Positions 19,453 through 28,638 of a stretch of DNA of 47,970 nt are shown here, piece after piece. Where the stretch lies: positions 1 through 47,970 of the forward strand of contig CALXJA010000033.1 in the NCBI GenBank assembly GCA_944388465.1. Reading direction: 5' to 3'. The notes beneath the pieces were generated by a model. It was not told the origin of the DNA. It did no database searches and worked only from the letters and a program-made list of their open reading frames with translations. The stretch's first letter is position 1. Every line of letters starts with the position of its first letter. The translations under genes were made by a program, and so were the position numbers. Source of the DNA: an uncultured Emergencia sp. GTDB taxonomy: Bacteria > Bacillota > Clostridia > Peptostreptococcales > Anaerovoracaceae.

Positions 19453-19935
19453 TTAGCTTCTGTCTCCTCGGCGCTTTCTCATCAGTTCCTCCAGCAGCTG
19501 CTCGTTGAGCAGGCGCTGCGTATCCCGAAAAGCCGACTTGCCCGGCATATCCGTAAGCTGCATGATCCAGAGATACTTTTTGAACGTACAGTTTTCCAGT
19601 CTCCTGGAAATGGCTTTATGAATGACCGTCACCTTTTCTCTTGCATTGATCAGGTAAACTCTGGCAATAATACCGCTCTTGAGCCGTTTAATCTCGATAT
19701 AGCTTTCTACGTTTCCGGCTTCTGAAATGGCTTCTTTGATCTCCCTGGCGATGGTCTGACCAATCAGCCTGGACTGCTCGCTCCGCATCAGCAGCCAAAA
19801 AGATACAGCGGCTAACACGCCCAATGCGGCGGCGGCTGTATCGCCAAAGCTTACACGAGTACACGCGTACATGATCCCTCCGAGCGGAAGTCCCAGCCAT
19901 CTAAGCAGGCCTATCGTTTTCACTGTTTTTTCCAT
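19453..19935 (-). CDS. Hypothetical membrane protein (2 N-terminal TM helices, soluble C-domain)
   Basis: Directly abuts the NhaC gene, has a GAGGT RBS and a strong upstream promoter. ATG 19974 is an alternative start. Confidence 0.7.
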   Translation of the reverse strand: MEKTVKTIGLLRWLGLPLGGIMYACTRVSFGDTAAAALGVLAAVSFWLLMRSEQSRLIGQTIAREIKEAISEAGNVESYIEIKRLKSGIIARVYLINAREKVTVIHKAISRRLENCTFKKYLWIMQLTDMPGKSAFRDTQRLLNEQLLEELMRKRRGDRS

Positions 19936-19989
19936 TCTGTCTGTTACCTCTTTTCCCCTGCCTTTTTTCTCCATGCAAATTTCTTAATT

Positions 19990-20018
19990 ATTATATGCGC
20001 TATTGCACGCTATGTCAA
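19990..20018 (-). promoter_or_regulatory. Consensus sigma-A promoter
   Basis: Perfect TTGACA-17 nt-TATAAT. Confidence 0.8.
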
Positions 20019-20204
20019 AAGAAAAACACAAAGTTTATCTTACCCATTCTTTTTCCGATCAAATCAACGTAACAGATGCTATTTTCAGGGATTTCCCATA
20101 GATGTTTTTTCTCCGCCGTGATAAAATAAACTATAACTTCCCCGAAAAAACGGGATCACTCCGCCCGGTATCACTATCCGGGCACAGAAAGGCGGATCAA
20201 CAGG

Positions 20205-20888
20205 ATGAAACTAAACCGAATCTTTGATCATACGCTGCTTGCTCCTGAAGCAACGCAGGCACAGATCAGACAGCTCTGCAGCGAAGCTCGGGAATGGGAT
20301 TTTTATTCCGTCTGCGTAAATTCCGGCTTCGTCAGCACCGCTGCCAGAGAACTGCGAGAAAGCAACGTAAAAATCACCTCTGTCGTCGGCTTTCCTCTGG
20401 GCGCCTGCACGTCAGGGACAAAGGCTGCGGAAACAGAAGACGCCTGCCGGAACGGTGCAGCGGAGATCGACATGGTCATCCCCATCGGCAGACTTCGGGA
20501 TGGCGATGACAGCTACGTCCTCCGCGATATTCAGCAGGTCACCGCAGCGGCAGCCGAATACGGCGCAGACGTCAAGGTGATACTGGAAACCGGGCTGCTC
20601 AGCGACGAAGAGATTCTGCGGGGATGCGACCTGGCAGAAAGAGGCGGCGCCAGATTTGTCAAAACCTCTACCGGCTTTCTCGCTCCGGGAGCCGATGTCC
20701 GCACGATCCGGCTGATGAAGCAGGCTGTCGGTGACAGACTGCTGATCAAAGCCTCGGGCGGCATACGCAGTCTCTCGTCGGTAAAAGAACTGCTTTCAGC
20801 CGGTGCAGACAGAATCGGCGCCAGCTCCAGCGTCTCTATCATGAATGAAGCGGTAAAAGAAGCGGCAGCGGCCGGAGATCAGATCTGA
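20205..20888 (+). CDS. deoC: Deoxyribose-phosphate aldolase
   Basis: DHTLL, VVGFPLG, EIDMV, KVILET, FVKTSTGF, KASGGIR, RIGASS. Confidence 0.96.
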   Translation: MKLNRIFDHTLLAPEATQAQIRQLCSEAREWDFYSVCVNSGFVSTAARELRESNVKITSVVGFPLGACTSGTKAAETEDACRNGAAEIDMVIPIGRLRDGDDSYVLRDIQQVTAAAAEYGADVKVILETGLLSDEEILRGCDLAERGGARFVKTSTGFLAPGADVRTIRLMKQAVGDRLLIKASGGIRSLSSVKELLSAGADRIGASSSVSIMNEAVKEAAAAGDQI

Positions 20889-20896
20889 TCTCCGGC
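20871..20896. repeat. Perfect 26-bp palindrome spanning two overlapping convergent stop codons
   Basis: GCCGGAGATCAGATCTGATCTCCGGC equals its own reverse complement; extends by 7 bp (CGGCAGC/GCTGCCG) with one bulge. Confidence 0.95.
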
Positions 20897-21832
20897 GCTG
20901 CCGTCTTCTGCGCTATCGGCTAAATACTCCTGATAAAAATCGTTCAGATAGTTTAAATAATCCAGCCGGCAGGCGATTCCTTCGCCGGTATACGGATTCA
21001 ACAGCCCGTCTGCAGAATAGTAAGACATGAACCCATAAAAGCCGAAGACTTCTTCCAGCTGCAGTTCCAGATCGTTCTCATACTCTGTGTCGTCATACTC
21101 TATGTAGTATTCTCCGTAATTTTCTTTCAGATAGCGGAAAACTTCGTCGATACTCTGTACCTGCATATAGTTTTGCGCAAACAGATCTGCGGCGGCTCGA
21201 AGTTCTTCCTCCGTTACAGCCACGGTATAATACTCATCCGCGTACTCCTGTTCGGAAAGAAATTCGTAGCTTTGCTGCGCCAGGAAATGAACATCCTGAT
21301 CCTGTTCGGGCAGTTCCTCGTAGAGGATGCCATAATCGTTGTATTCTGCGTAAATATCGTAGCTGAAGTCCGAATCATAATCATAGGAAAAGTCGTCGAC
21401 CAGATTCGTCACGGCGGAAATAACGCTTCCGATCACGGAAATTCCGATCACAGCCAGCACAAAGACAAGCAGATTCTTTTTCTTTTTCGCAGCCGTACGA
21501 TACACCGCGAAACTATCCCCGCTTCTGCGCGCCGTCTGGAAAATCTTCCCGGCTTTCGCTTCGCGCCTCTCTTCTTTCTTCTCTGTCTCGTGCAGAGAAG
21601 CGGAGCGGCTTTTCTTCTGCGCATCTGCCGCAGAGGCAGAAGAACTGCTGCCGGAAAGTGCCGCCTCATAAGCCTCCGTAAGCTCGCGGATCTTCTTCTT
21701 TACGTATTCGGGATCGTCCTCATAGTCCGCAGACCTGTATTTAGCCAGACGATTTTCATATGCGGCCTTGATCTCGTCTTTTCCGGCACCGTTTTTCAAT
21801 CCCAGAACGGCAAGATTTCTATCTCTTTTCAT
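20879..21832 (-). CDS. Membrane protein with N-terminal J-like domain and acidic Tyr-rich extracytoplasmic domain
   Basis: LAVLGL...DEIKAAYENRLAKY...IRELTEAYEAAL matches the J-domain helices, but HPD is absent. Single TM after KKKKN. Start at ATG 21832 (GAGGT RBS). Confidence 0.7.
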   Translation of the reverse strand: MKRDRNLAVLGLKNGAGKDEIKAAYENRLAKYRSADYEDDPEYVKKKIRELTEAYEAALSGSSSSASAADAQKKSRSASLHETEKKEERREAKAGKIFQTARRSGDSFAVYRTAAKKKKNLLVFVLAVIGISVIGSVISAVTNLVDDFSYDYDSDFSYDIYAEYNDYGILYEELPEQDQDVHFLAQQSYEFLSEQEYADEYYTVAVTEEELRAAADLFAQNYMQVQSIDEVFRYLKENYGEYYIEYDDTEYENDLELQLEEVFGFYGFMSYYSADGLLNPYTGEGIACRLDYLNYLNDFYQEYLADSAEDGSAGDQI

Positions 21833-22049
21833 ATCTACCTCGTTCATCTCATCTGCCGTGTCCTCTCTGTGAAACACAGCACTGCAGCAGGCTCTGCCTG
21901 CTTCTGCTTTTCGGTTTTCGCGGGACAGAATATGCCCCATGTTCTTATCTTTAGTCTACCAAAATAATCACAAAACTGCAATGCCGGATTTTCTTCTACT
22001 ATCGAGGTTATGTTTTTGAAGAATGTAACCGGTGGTCTCTACTACAAAC

Positions 22050-22094
22050 AAACGGACTGCTTATCCGATTTGTCATCGGATAAGCAGTCCGTTT
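22050..22094 (-). terminator. Long hairpin/terminator downstream of tRNA-Pro
   Basis: AAACGGACTGCTTATCCGAT-loop-ATCGGATAAGCAGTCCGTTT, about 20-bp stem. Confidence 0.75.
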
Positions 22095-22100
22095 TATATC

Positions 22101-22176
22101 TGGTCGGAGTAGTCAGACTCGAACTGACGGCCTCTGCGTCCCGAACGCAGCGCGCTACCAACTGCGCCATACCCCG
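22101..22176 (-). tRNA. tRNA-Pro (anticodon CGG)
   Basis: CGGGGTATGGCGCAGTTGGTAGCGCG CTGCG-TTCGGGA-CGCAG AGGCCGTCAGTTCGAGTCTGACTACTCCGACCA; 76 nt with encoded CCA. Confidence 0.97.
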
Positions 22177-22298
22177 CTGCAGATAATATTGTAACACATT
22201 TTTTCAAAAAGGGAAGATCCAATTCAAAAAACTTTTTGTATAAAATTCAATACGATTTTCCCTGCCGGCCGTGGCAGACAGGACAGCGCAGATAAGCA

Positions 22299-24113
22299 TC
22301 ACCGGTTCAGAATGTCCATGAACTCCGCTCCGGTAATGGTCTCTTTCTCATAAAGAAAGTCGGCCAGCTGATGCAGTTTTTCCTGATTCTCTTCCAGAAT
22401 CCGGTAAGCCTTTTCGTGCTGCGTCTTTACCAGTTCAATGACTTCTTCGTCGATCCTGGTCTGTGTTTCCGCAGAGCAGGCCAGACTGCTGTCGCCGCCC
22501 AGATACTGATTGCTGACGGTTTCCAGTGCAACCATATCGAAATCCCTGCTCATGCCGTAGCGGGAGATCATGACTCTGGCCAGCTTAGTCGCCTGTTCGA
22601 TATCGTTAGAGGCGCCGGTAGTCACAGAATGAAAAATCAGTTCTTCCGCGGCACGTCCGGCTGTATATGTGGCGATCTTGTTTTCCAGCTCTTCCTTCGT
22701 CATCAGATAATGGTCGCCGTCCTCCACCTGCATGGTATAACCAAGCGCGCCTGAGGTGCGGGGAATAATGGTGATTTTCTGTACCGGTGCCGAATGCGTC
22801 TGCATAGCGGCAACCAGAGCGTGACCGATCTCGTGATACGCTACGACCTTCTTTTCCTGATCGGAAAGAATCGCATTTTTCTTCTGGTAGCCGGCAATGA
22901 CCACTTCGATACTTTCCTCAAGATCCTGCTGGTTCGCGCAGCTGCGTCCGTCTCTGACCGCGCGGAGCGCCGCCTCGTTGACAATGTTGGCCAGCTCCGC
23001 TCCGGAGGCGCCGGAAGCCATGCGGGCAATCTTGTTGAAATCCACATCCGGATCGACTTTGATCTTTTTCGCATGAACCTTCAGGATCTCTTCTCTTCCT
23101 TTCAGATCCGGAAGTTCCACCGGAACGCGCCGGTCAAATCTTCCCGGCCTCAGCAGAGCCGGATCCAGCGATTCCGGTCTGTTCGTCGCCGCCAAAATGA
23201 TGACGCCGGTATTTCCTTCAAATCCATCCATTTCCGTCAGCAGCTGATTCAGCGTCTGTTCCCGCTCGTCGTTGCCGCCGATCTGACCGTCCCGCTTTTT
23301 GCCTATGGCATCGATCTCATCGATAAACACGATGCAAGGTGCTTTTTCCTTGGCCTGCCGGAACAGATCTCTGACCTTGGACGCGCCCATACCCACAAAC
23401 ATCTCGACAAACTCCGACCCGGACATGGAGAAAAACGGAACATCCGCTTCTCCTGCCACGGCTTTAGCCAGCATGGTTTTTCCCGTTCCCGGAGGGCCTA
23501 CCAGCAGAATGCCCTTCGGCATAGCTGCGCCGATCTCTGTATATTTTTTCGGATTATGCAGGTATTCTACAATTTCCGTCAGATTTTCCTTAGCCTCGTC
23601 TTCTCCGGCTACATCGCTGAACTTGATCCCCGAAGAGGATTTGACATAGATCTTGGCGTTACTCTTTCCCATACCGAACATCATGGAATTTGCACCGCCT
23701 CCGGCTTTTTCCATCAGCTTTTTGGACAGATACTGTCCGATACCGATGAAGATCAGCAGCGGCAGGATCCAGGAAAGCAGCATGGTGATCCACGGCGACG
23801 TTTCTTCAACGATCTCACTGGAAAACACTGCGCCGGAGTCATACAGCCGCTGCGTTCTGTCCGGATCCTCCATCAGACCTGTTCTGTAAATCTTGCTGCC
23901 GCTCTTGTTCGTAAAGATGATCTCATTATCTCGTATATCCACCTGTCCGATCTGCTTCTTTTCGGTCATCCGCATAAAGGTGCCATAGTCCATCTCCTCA
24001 ATCTCCATCTGGTTGATTCGCGGCATGGCGATCAGATTAAACAGCAAAAGTATGGCGATAATGATAATATAATAAGAAATAAGCGGTTTCTTAGGTGACT
24101 TCACTTCATGCAT
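22299..24113 (-). CDS. ftsH: ATP-dependent zinc metalloprotease FtsH
   Basis: Two TM helices, [11 protein letters not shown] pore motif, [22 protein letters not shown] zinc motif. Confidence 0.96.
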   Translation of the reverse strand: MHEVKSPKKPLISYYIIIIAILLLFNLIAMPRINQMEIEEMDYGTFMRMTEKKQIGQVDIRDNEIIFTNKSGSKIYRTGLMEDPDRTQRLYDSGAVFSSEIVEETSPWITMLLSWILPLLIFIGIGQYLSKKLMEKAGGGANSMMFGMGKSNAKIYVKSSSGIKFSDVAGEDEAKENLTEIVEYLHNPKKYTEIGAAMPKGILLVGPPGTGKTMLAKAVAGEADVPFFSMSGSEFVEMFVGMGASKVRDLFRQAKEKAPCIVFIDEIDAIGKKRDGQIGGNDEREQTLNQLLTEMDGFEGNTGVIILAATNRPESLDPALLRPGRFDRRVPVELPDLKGREEILKVHAKKIKVDPDVDFNKIARMASGASGAELANIVNEAALRAVRDGRSCANQQDLEESIEVVIAGYQKKNAILSDQEKKVVAYHEIGHALVAAMQTHSAPVQKITIIPRTSGALGYTMQVEDGDHYLMTKEELENKIATYTAGRAAEELIFHSVTTGASNDIEQATKLARVMISRYGMSRDFDMVALETVSNQYLGGDSSLACSAETQTRIDEEVIELVKTQHEKAYRILEENQEKLHQLADFLYEKETITGAEFMDILNR

Positions 24114-24204
24114 CAACGATATCTCCTTTCCCCTTTTTCAGCATACATTTCTGTGGCTTAAACCGGATATATCATTATAGACGCTGTCCCGCCGTGCATC
24201 CACT

Positions 24205-24248
24205 GACAATACGCCCGCTCTGTCTTTACACTTTCTCCAATCTGTAAA
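24205..24248. promoter_or_regulatory. Two tandem ACA-N12-TGT inverted repeats (candidate TetR operators) upstream of the ftsH -10 box
   Basis: GACA-N12-TGTC (24205-24224) abutting TTTACA-N12-TGTAAA (24225-24248); minus-strand TATAAT at 24174-24179 with a poor -35. Confidence 0.5.
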
Positions 24249-24779
24249 TTACGGCCGCAGTCCCTGTTCCCATACATGCAGAATCGACCTGGTAAACGAA
24301 GGGATGTCTATATCCTTTTTCCGGCAGATGGCGAACAGAAGTCCGGTCAAAGCATAGCTGTAAAAATCCAGCATAATCTCTCTGTCCTGACTGCTCAGAC
24401 CTTTATCCAGATCTTTTGCTTTGATCATGCCGGTCAAATATTGTCTGACCATGCTGAACATGATCTCCTCCACCTGCATATGCCTGCGCGAGTTGTGCAG
24501 CTGGTTGATCAGCAGTTTATTTTTCAGCACACCGACGAGAAAATGCTGGACGGCCGTCTCGGTATCCTCAGCCTGCAAACTGTACTGCAGCAGCTCATCG
24601 GCCTTTTCCCGGGCGATCCACTCCAGCACTTCGAACATGTCCTGATAATGGTAATAAAAAGTCTGCCGGGTAATGCCGCAGTGATCCACCACGTCTTTTA
24701 CGGTGATTCTGTCAATGCTCTTTTTTTCCATCAGCTCGGTCAGAGCATCCGCAATTCGTTTTTTCGTTACTGATTCCAT
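24249..24779 (-). CDS. TetR/AcrR family regulator (DhaS-like)
   Basis: TKKRIADAL...ITVKDVVDHCGITRQTFYYHYQD HTH and C-terminal FYSYALTG helix. Confidence 0.9.
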   Translation of the reverse strand: MESVTKKRIADALTELMEKKSIDRITVKDVVDHCGITRQTFYYHYQDMFEVLEWIAREKADELLQYSLQAEDTETAVQHFLVGVLKNKLLINQLHNSRRHMQVEEIMFSMVRQYLTGMIKAKDLDKGLSSQDREIMLDFYSYALTGLLFAICRKKDIDIPSFTRSILHVWEQGLRP

Positions 24780-24856
24780 TTCTTAACCTGTTTGATCTCT
24801 GCATATCTGCTGTTCATAGCCGAATTTTTTCCCGCCGTTCCCGGCGTTTCTGTCGT

Positions 24857-25549
24857 TTAAAGGAGCCAGGTGATGATCTCCTCTGAAATCTGGAATCCCA
24901 GTTTCCTCTGCAGTGAAGCGGATACCTCATTGCCGAGTACGATTTCTCCATACGGCGTATCCCCTTTGTCCAGAATATAATTAACCATGAAGCGCTCCAG
25001 CTGTTCACCGAAACCTCTTCCCTGATACTCGGGGAAGATCTCCAGCAGACCCAGACTGCCCTCAAGATGATTTCCGGAAAAGCCGACAAAATTCCCCTGA
25101 TAAAAGGCCGCAAAAAGATTGCCTCTTCTGTTGATTTCATCGATCTCTTCTTCTGGGATCGTATGATAGTTCTCCTTGATTTTTTGTAAGATTTCCTCTG
25201 ACGGCCGCACAATGTCCAGATCTGTTGTCAGCTCCAGTTTTTCCCCGCTGAAGTAAGCCACTTTTTTGCAGCTGAAGATATCGTGCAGCTGGAATTTCTC
25301 TTCGCCATAAGGCACCAGCTCCTCCTGACACAGCACCAGCTGATAACAGCTTTGGATTTTATCTAACAGCTTCAATCCATGCTCCAGATCCGCGGCAGAC
25401 AGCATATGTACATTGCTGCTGTGATCTAAAAGCAAAACGCCGCGTTCCGAACCGTCTATGATCTCCGCGGTTCCCCTGCGGATCGCCTCCAGCATGGCAA
25501 TGTGCAAAAGTCTGTTTTTTTCCAGATATTCTATACCCTTATGTTCCAT
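24857..25549 (-). CDS. GNAT family N-acetyltransferase
   Basis: C-terminal GNAT motif A (PEYQGRGFG) and NEVSASLQRKLGF. Confidence 0.88.
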   Translation of the reverse strand: MEHKGIEYLEKNRLLHIAMLEAIRRGTAEIIDGSERGVLLLDHSSNVHMLSAADLEHGLKLLDKIQSCYQLVLCQEELVPYGEEKFQLHDIFSCKKVAYFSGEKLELTTDLDIVRPSEEILQKIKENYHTIPEEEIDEINRRGNLFAAFYQGNFVGFSGNHLEGSLGLLEIFPEYQGRGFGEQLERFMVNYILDKGDTPYGEIVLGNEVSASLQRKLGFQISEEIITWLL

Positions 25550-25860
25550 GATAAAACACCTCCCTGTGGTTTAGCCTCATTACTGCAAGAGTCCGGCTAA
25601 ACATGCGGTACCAAACGGGGATTCTCCCTGCAGAAAGCATCAGATCCCTCAGGTTGAAAATATATTTTCTTTATTCTACCATGTTCCCTACGATCTGCGC
25701 AATACCGGCTCACAAACAGCGCAAACAAATCCATCCCGCATAGCATAAAAATAATTTTTTTCTTCTTTATGTGCATACTAAGCCAAAAAGGAATCTTCTG
25801 CATCACAGTCTGCACACTGTTTTCTGCCGATGCAAATATTCCCTGAAAGGTGGAGAGAAT

Positions 25861-26529
25861 ATGTTTAAACACGAAAAAGAACTGTTTCATCCTGTCGCTG
25901 TGGAAAAGGCAAATCCCCAGTATGCCGCTCTGCTTCAGGAGCAGCTGGGCGGCGCCAACGGCGAACTGAAAGCCGCTATGCAATATATGTCGCAAAGTTT
26001 CCGGATCAAGGATCCGGTAATCAAAGATCTTTTTCTGGATATTGCTGCAGAAGAGCTCGGGCATATGGAAATGGTTGCGCAGACCATCAATCTGCTCAAC
26101 GGCCACGACGTATCGGCCGGCTCTGTACCCTCCGGAGAAATTGAATCCCATGTGCTGACCGGTCTCAATCCCGGACTGATCAACGCATCCGGCTATTCCT
26201 GGACAGGGGATTACGTTACGGTGACCGGTGATCTCTGCGCAGATCTGCTGTCTAATATCGCATCCGAGCAGAGAGCAAAGGTCGTCTATGAGTATCTATA
26301 CCGGCAGATCAAAGATAAAAAAGTCAGAGAAACCATAAGTTTCCTGCTGGAACGGGAAGAAGCGCACAACACCATGTTCCGTGAAGCCTTCAACCGGGTG
26401 CAGGACACCGGCTCCAACCAGGACTTCGGTACGACTGCCGCCGCAAGGATGTATTTCAGCATGTCGGAACCGTCTCCTTCACAGAGTCCTCTGACACAGA
26501 TCAATGGGGAGCCGCCTTCGTTCAACTGA
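25861..26529 (+). CDS. Manganese catalase family protein (ferritin-like)
   Basis: EQLGGANGELKAAMQY, DIAAEELGHMEM, NIASEQRA, FLLEREEAH. Start at ATG 25861 (GGAG RBS). Confidence 0.92.
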   Translation: MFKHEKELFHPVAVEKANPQYAALLQEQLGGANGELKAAMQYMSQSFRIKDPVIKDLFLDIAAEELGHMEMVAQTINLLNGHDVSAGSVPSGEIESHVLTGLNPGLINASGYSWTGDYVTVTGDLCADLLSNIASEQRAKVVYEYLYRQIKDKKVRETISFLLEREEAHNTMFREAFNRVQDTGSNQDFGTTAAARMYFSMSEPSPSQSPLTQINGEPPSFN

Positions 26530-26585
26530 TCGAAACCATACCGGAAGCCATACCGGCTATTGCGGCGTTCCACAACGGCAATATA

Positions 26586-26616
26586 GCAAAAGAGACTCCA
26601 ATGGAGTCTCTTTTGC
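26586..26616. terminator. Bidirectional terminator between Mn catalase and tRNA-Leu
   Basis: GCAAAAGAGACTCCA-A-TGGAGTCTCTTTTGC. Confidence 0.8.
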
Positions 26617-26635
26617 GTTGAAATCTCAACTTATC

Positions 26636-26720
26636 TGGTGCGGTCAAAGGGATTCGAACCCCCATGAGTCGCCTCACACGGACCTGAACCGTGCGCGTCT
26701 GCCAATTCCGCCATGACCGC
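26636..26720 (-). tRNA. tRNA-Leu (anticodon CAG)
   Basis: GCGGTCATGGCGGAATTGGCAGACGCG CACGG-TTCAGGT-CCGTG, long variable arm, GGGGGTTCGAATCCCTT TGACCGCACCA; 85 nt. Confidence 0.96.
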
Positions 26721-26755
26721 ATATCCACTTTTCAATTATTGCCTGCGACTCTTCT

Positions 26756-26783
26756 ATTATACACAATAGGGAAAATAATGCAA
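26756..26783 (-). promoter_or_regulatory. tRNA-Leu promoter
   Basis: TTGCAT-16 nt-TATAAT with an AT-rich UP element upstream. Confidence 0.6.
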
Positions 26784-26940
26784 GCGAATTTTGAAAAGTA
26801 TTTAAAAAAGTACAATTTTCCGGTTCTACGTATCCGATCTTACACCTGTCTGCAGCGGCCGCCCATGCAAAGAACGCATAAGGCGGCCGCTTTCCTGCTC
26901 GGCACCATGTCTTCAATCGGCAGATGCCGATCTTCTTCAC

Positions 26941-28320
26941 TTATCGATACTGCTCCGCAAGCAGCCTTGCCACATACACACCGCTGGCGGAAGCCTGGGA
27001 CAGCGAATGTGTCACGCCTGAACCGTCGCCCAGTGCGTACAGCCCCGGAATACTGGTCTGCAGATGCTCATCTACCTGTACCTTAGAATTGTAGAACTTC
27101 ACTTCCACGCCATAAAGCAGCGTATCCTCGTTGGCCGTTCCCGGCGCAATCTTATCCAGCGCGTAAATCATCTCAATGATACTGTCCAGCTGCCGTTTCG
27201 GGATAACCAGGCTCAGATCTCCCGGCGTCGCATCCAGGGTCGGCCGGGTAAAACATTTTTCCATGCGCCGCTCGCTGCTGCGTCTGCCTTTGACCAAATC
27301 GCCAAAACGCTGAAGCAGTACGCCGCCGCCCAGCATATTGGACAGTCTGGCGATGGATTCGCCATACTCGTTGCTGTCTTCAAAAGGCTCTGTAAATTTG
27401 TTGGAGACCAGGAGCGCGAAGTTGGTGTTTTCTGTATGCAGCGCAGGATCCGCATAGCTGTGGCCGTTCACCGTCACGATCCCGTTGGTGTTTTCAGAAA
27501 CCACCTCGCCGTATGGATTCATACAGAAGGTTCTGACCATATCGTTGTACCGTTCTGTCTTGTAAACGATCTTTCCTTCATATACCACATCGGTGATGTG
27601 CTTGAAAACTTCGGCAGGCAGTTCTACCCGCACGCCGATATCCACACGATTTTTCTTCTGTTCTATCCCAAGCTCATCGCAGATTTTCGCGATCCATTTC
27701 GAGCCCGAGCGTCCCGTTGCCAGCACCAGCTTTTCACAGAGAAATTCGCCTTTGTCTGTAATCACACGAAAAGCTCCGCTGTCCTCACGGACAACATCCT
27801 CGATCGTCGTATAAAACCGGGTATCGATCCGCTCTTTGATAAAGTCGAAAATTCTTCCTAAAATCTGTATATTCCGGTCTGTTCCCAGATGCCGCACCTT
27901 TGCCTCCAGAAGATGCAGATTGTTCTGCAGGCATCGTGTCTTCAAATCCGAATCCCCGGTCGAATACAGTTTCGCATCGGCTCCGCCCATGGCGCACAGA
28001 ACACTGTCCACATATTCCATCAGCTCCATGGCTCGTTCTGTACCCACATATTTGTGCAGATCTCCGCCAAACTGCGTCGTAATATTGTACTTTCCGTCGG
28101 ATAAGGTTCCCGCGCCGCCATATCCGTTCATGATATGACACGGTGAACACTTGATACAATGACGGGTTTTCCCGGACTTGATCGGACAGATCCTTTTTTC
28201 TAAAGGTGCACCCTTATCCAGCATTAAGATTCTGGCGGTGTTTTCTCTTTTTGTCAGCTCATAAGACAGAAACACACCGCTTGCGCCTGCTCCGGCAATA
28301 ATGATATCATACTTTTCCAC
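26941..28320 (-). CDS. NAD(P)/FAD-dependent oxidoreductase (uncharacterised anaerobe family)
   Basis: IAGAGASG FAD motif, Cys cluster CP-x8-CIKCSPC, GGAGTLSDGK, RTFCMNP, YGVEVKFY, GDGSG. GTG start. Confidence 0.88.
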   Translation of the reverse strand: MEKYDIIIAGAGASGVFLSYELTKRENTARILMLDKGAPLEKRICPIKSGKTRHCIKCSPCHIMNGYGGAGTLSDGKYNITTQFGGDLHKYVGTERAMELMEYVDSVLCAMGGADAKLYSTGDSDLKTRCLQNNLHLLEAKVRHLGTDRNIQILGRIFDFIKERIDTRFYTTIEDVVREDSGAFRVITDKGEFLCEKLVLATGRSGSKWIAKICDELGIEQKKNRVDIGVRVELPAEVFKHITDVVYEGKIVYKTERYNDMVRTFCMNPYGEVVSENTNGIVTVNGHSYADPALHTENTNFALLVSNKFTEPFEDSNEYGESIARLSNMLGGGVLLQRFGDLVKGRRSSERRMEKCFTRPTLDATPGDLSLVIPKRQLDSIIEMIYALDKIAPGTANEDTLLYGVEVKFYNSKVQVDEHLQTSIPGLYALGDGSGVTHSLSQASASGVYVARLLAEQYR

Positions 28321-28497
28321 AAAAATTCTCCGTTCCGTTTAAAATACTTATTCAGTTTACTCCCTCGCCCGCAAAAAAACAATTCTGTTATCAGCGGAAA
28401 ATCTATGGTATAATAAAAAAAACACCTTTGAGTCCTGCCTTATGCCGCCATGCCGTCGTGCCGCATAGCGCAGCGGATCAGACAGACTGCAAAAATG

Positions 28498-28539
28498 AAA
28501 AACCGTGCTCAGATAGTAAATCTATCGAAACACGGTTTT
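28498..28539. terminator. Hairpin terminator downstream of the DUF1292 gene
   Basis: AAAACCGTG...CACGGTTTT with inner GATAG/CTATC pairing; U-tracts on both strands. Confidence 0.6.
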
Positions 28540-28638
28540 GTTTTGTCTCAGAATACGTCTGCCTGCGGAAGCATGCCTCTGCAGGCACGAGTCCGCCTGC
28601 CTGCGCTTCGCAGAATAAGCGGCCGCCGGCCTCTGCCT

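Noticed and set aside
22794-24098. 434-aa plus-strand ORF, and similar long antisense ORFs over lon, clpX, tig, serC, dapB and the PHP gene
   Set aside because: Shadow frames of well-conserved genes on the opposite strand, with no RBS or recognisable motifs.
22101-26720. Prophage or ICE integrated at either tRNA
   Set aside because: No integrase and no duplicated tRNA 3' end found in the window.
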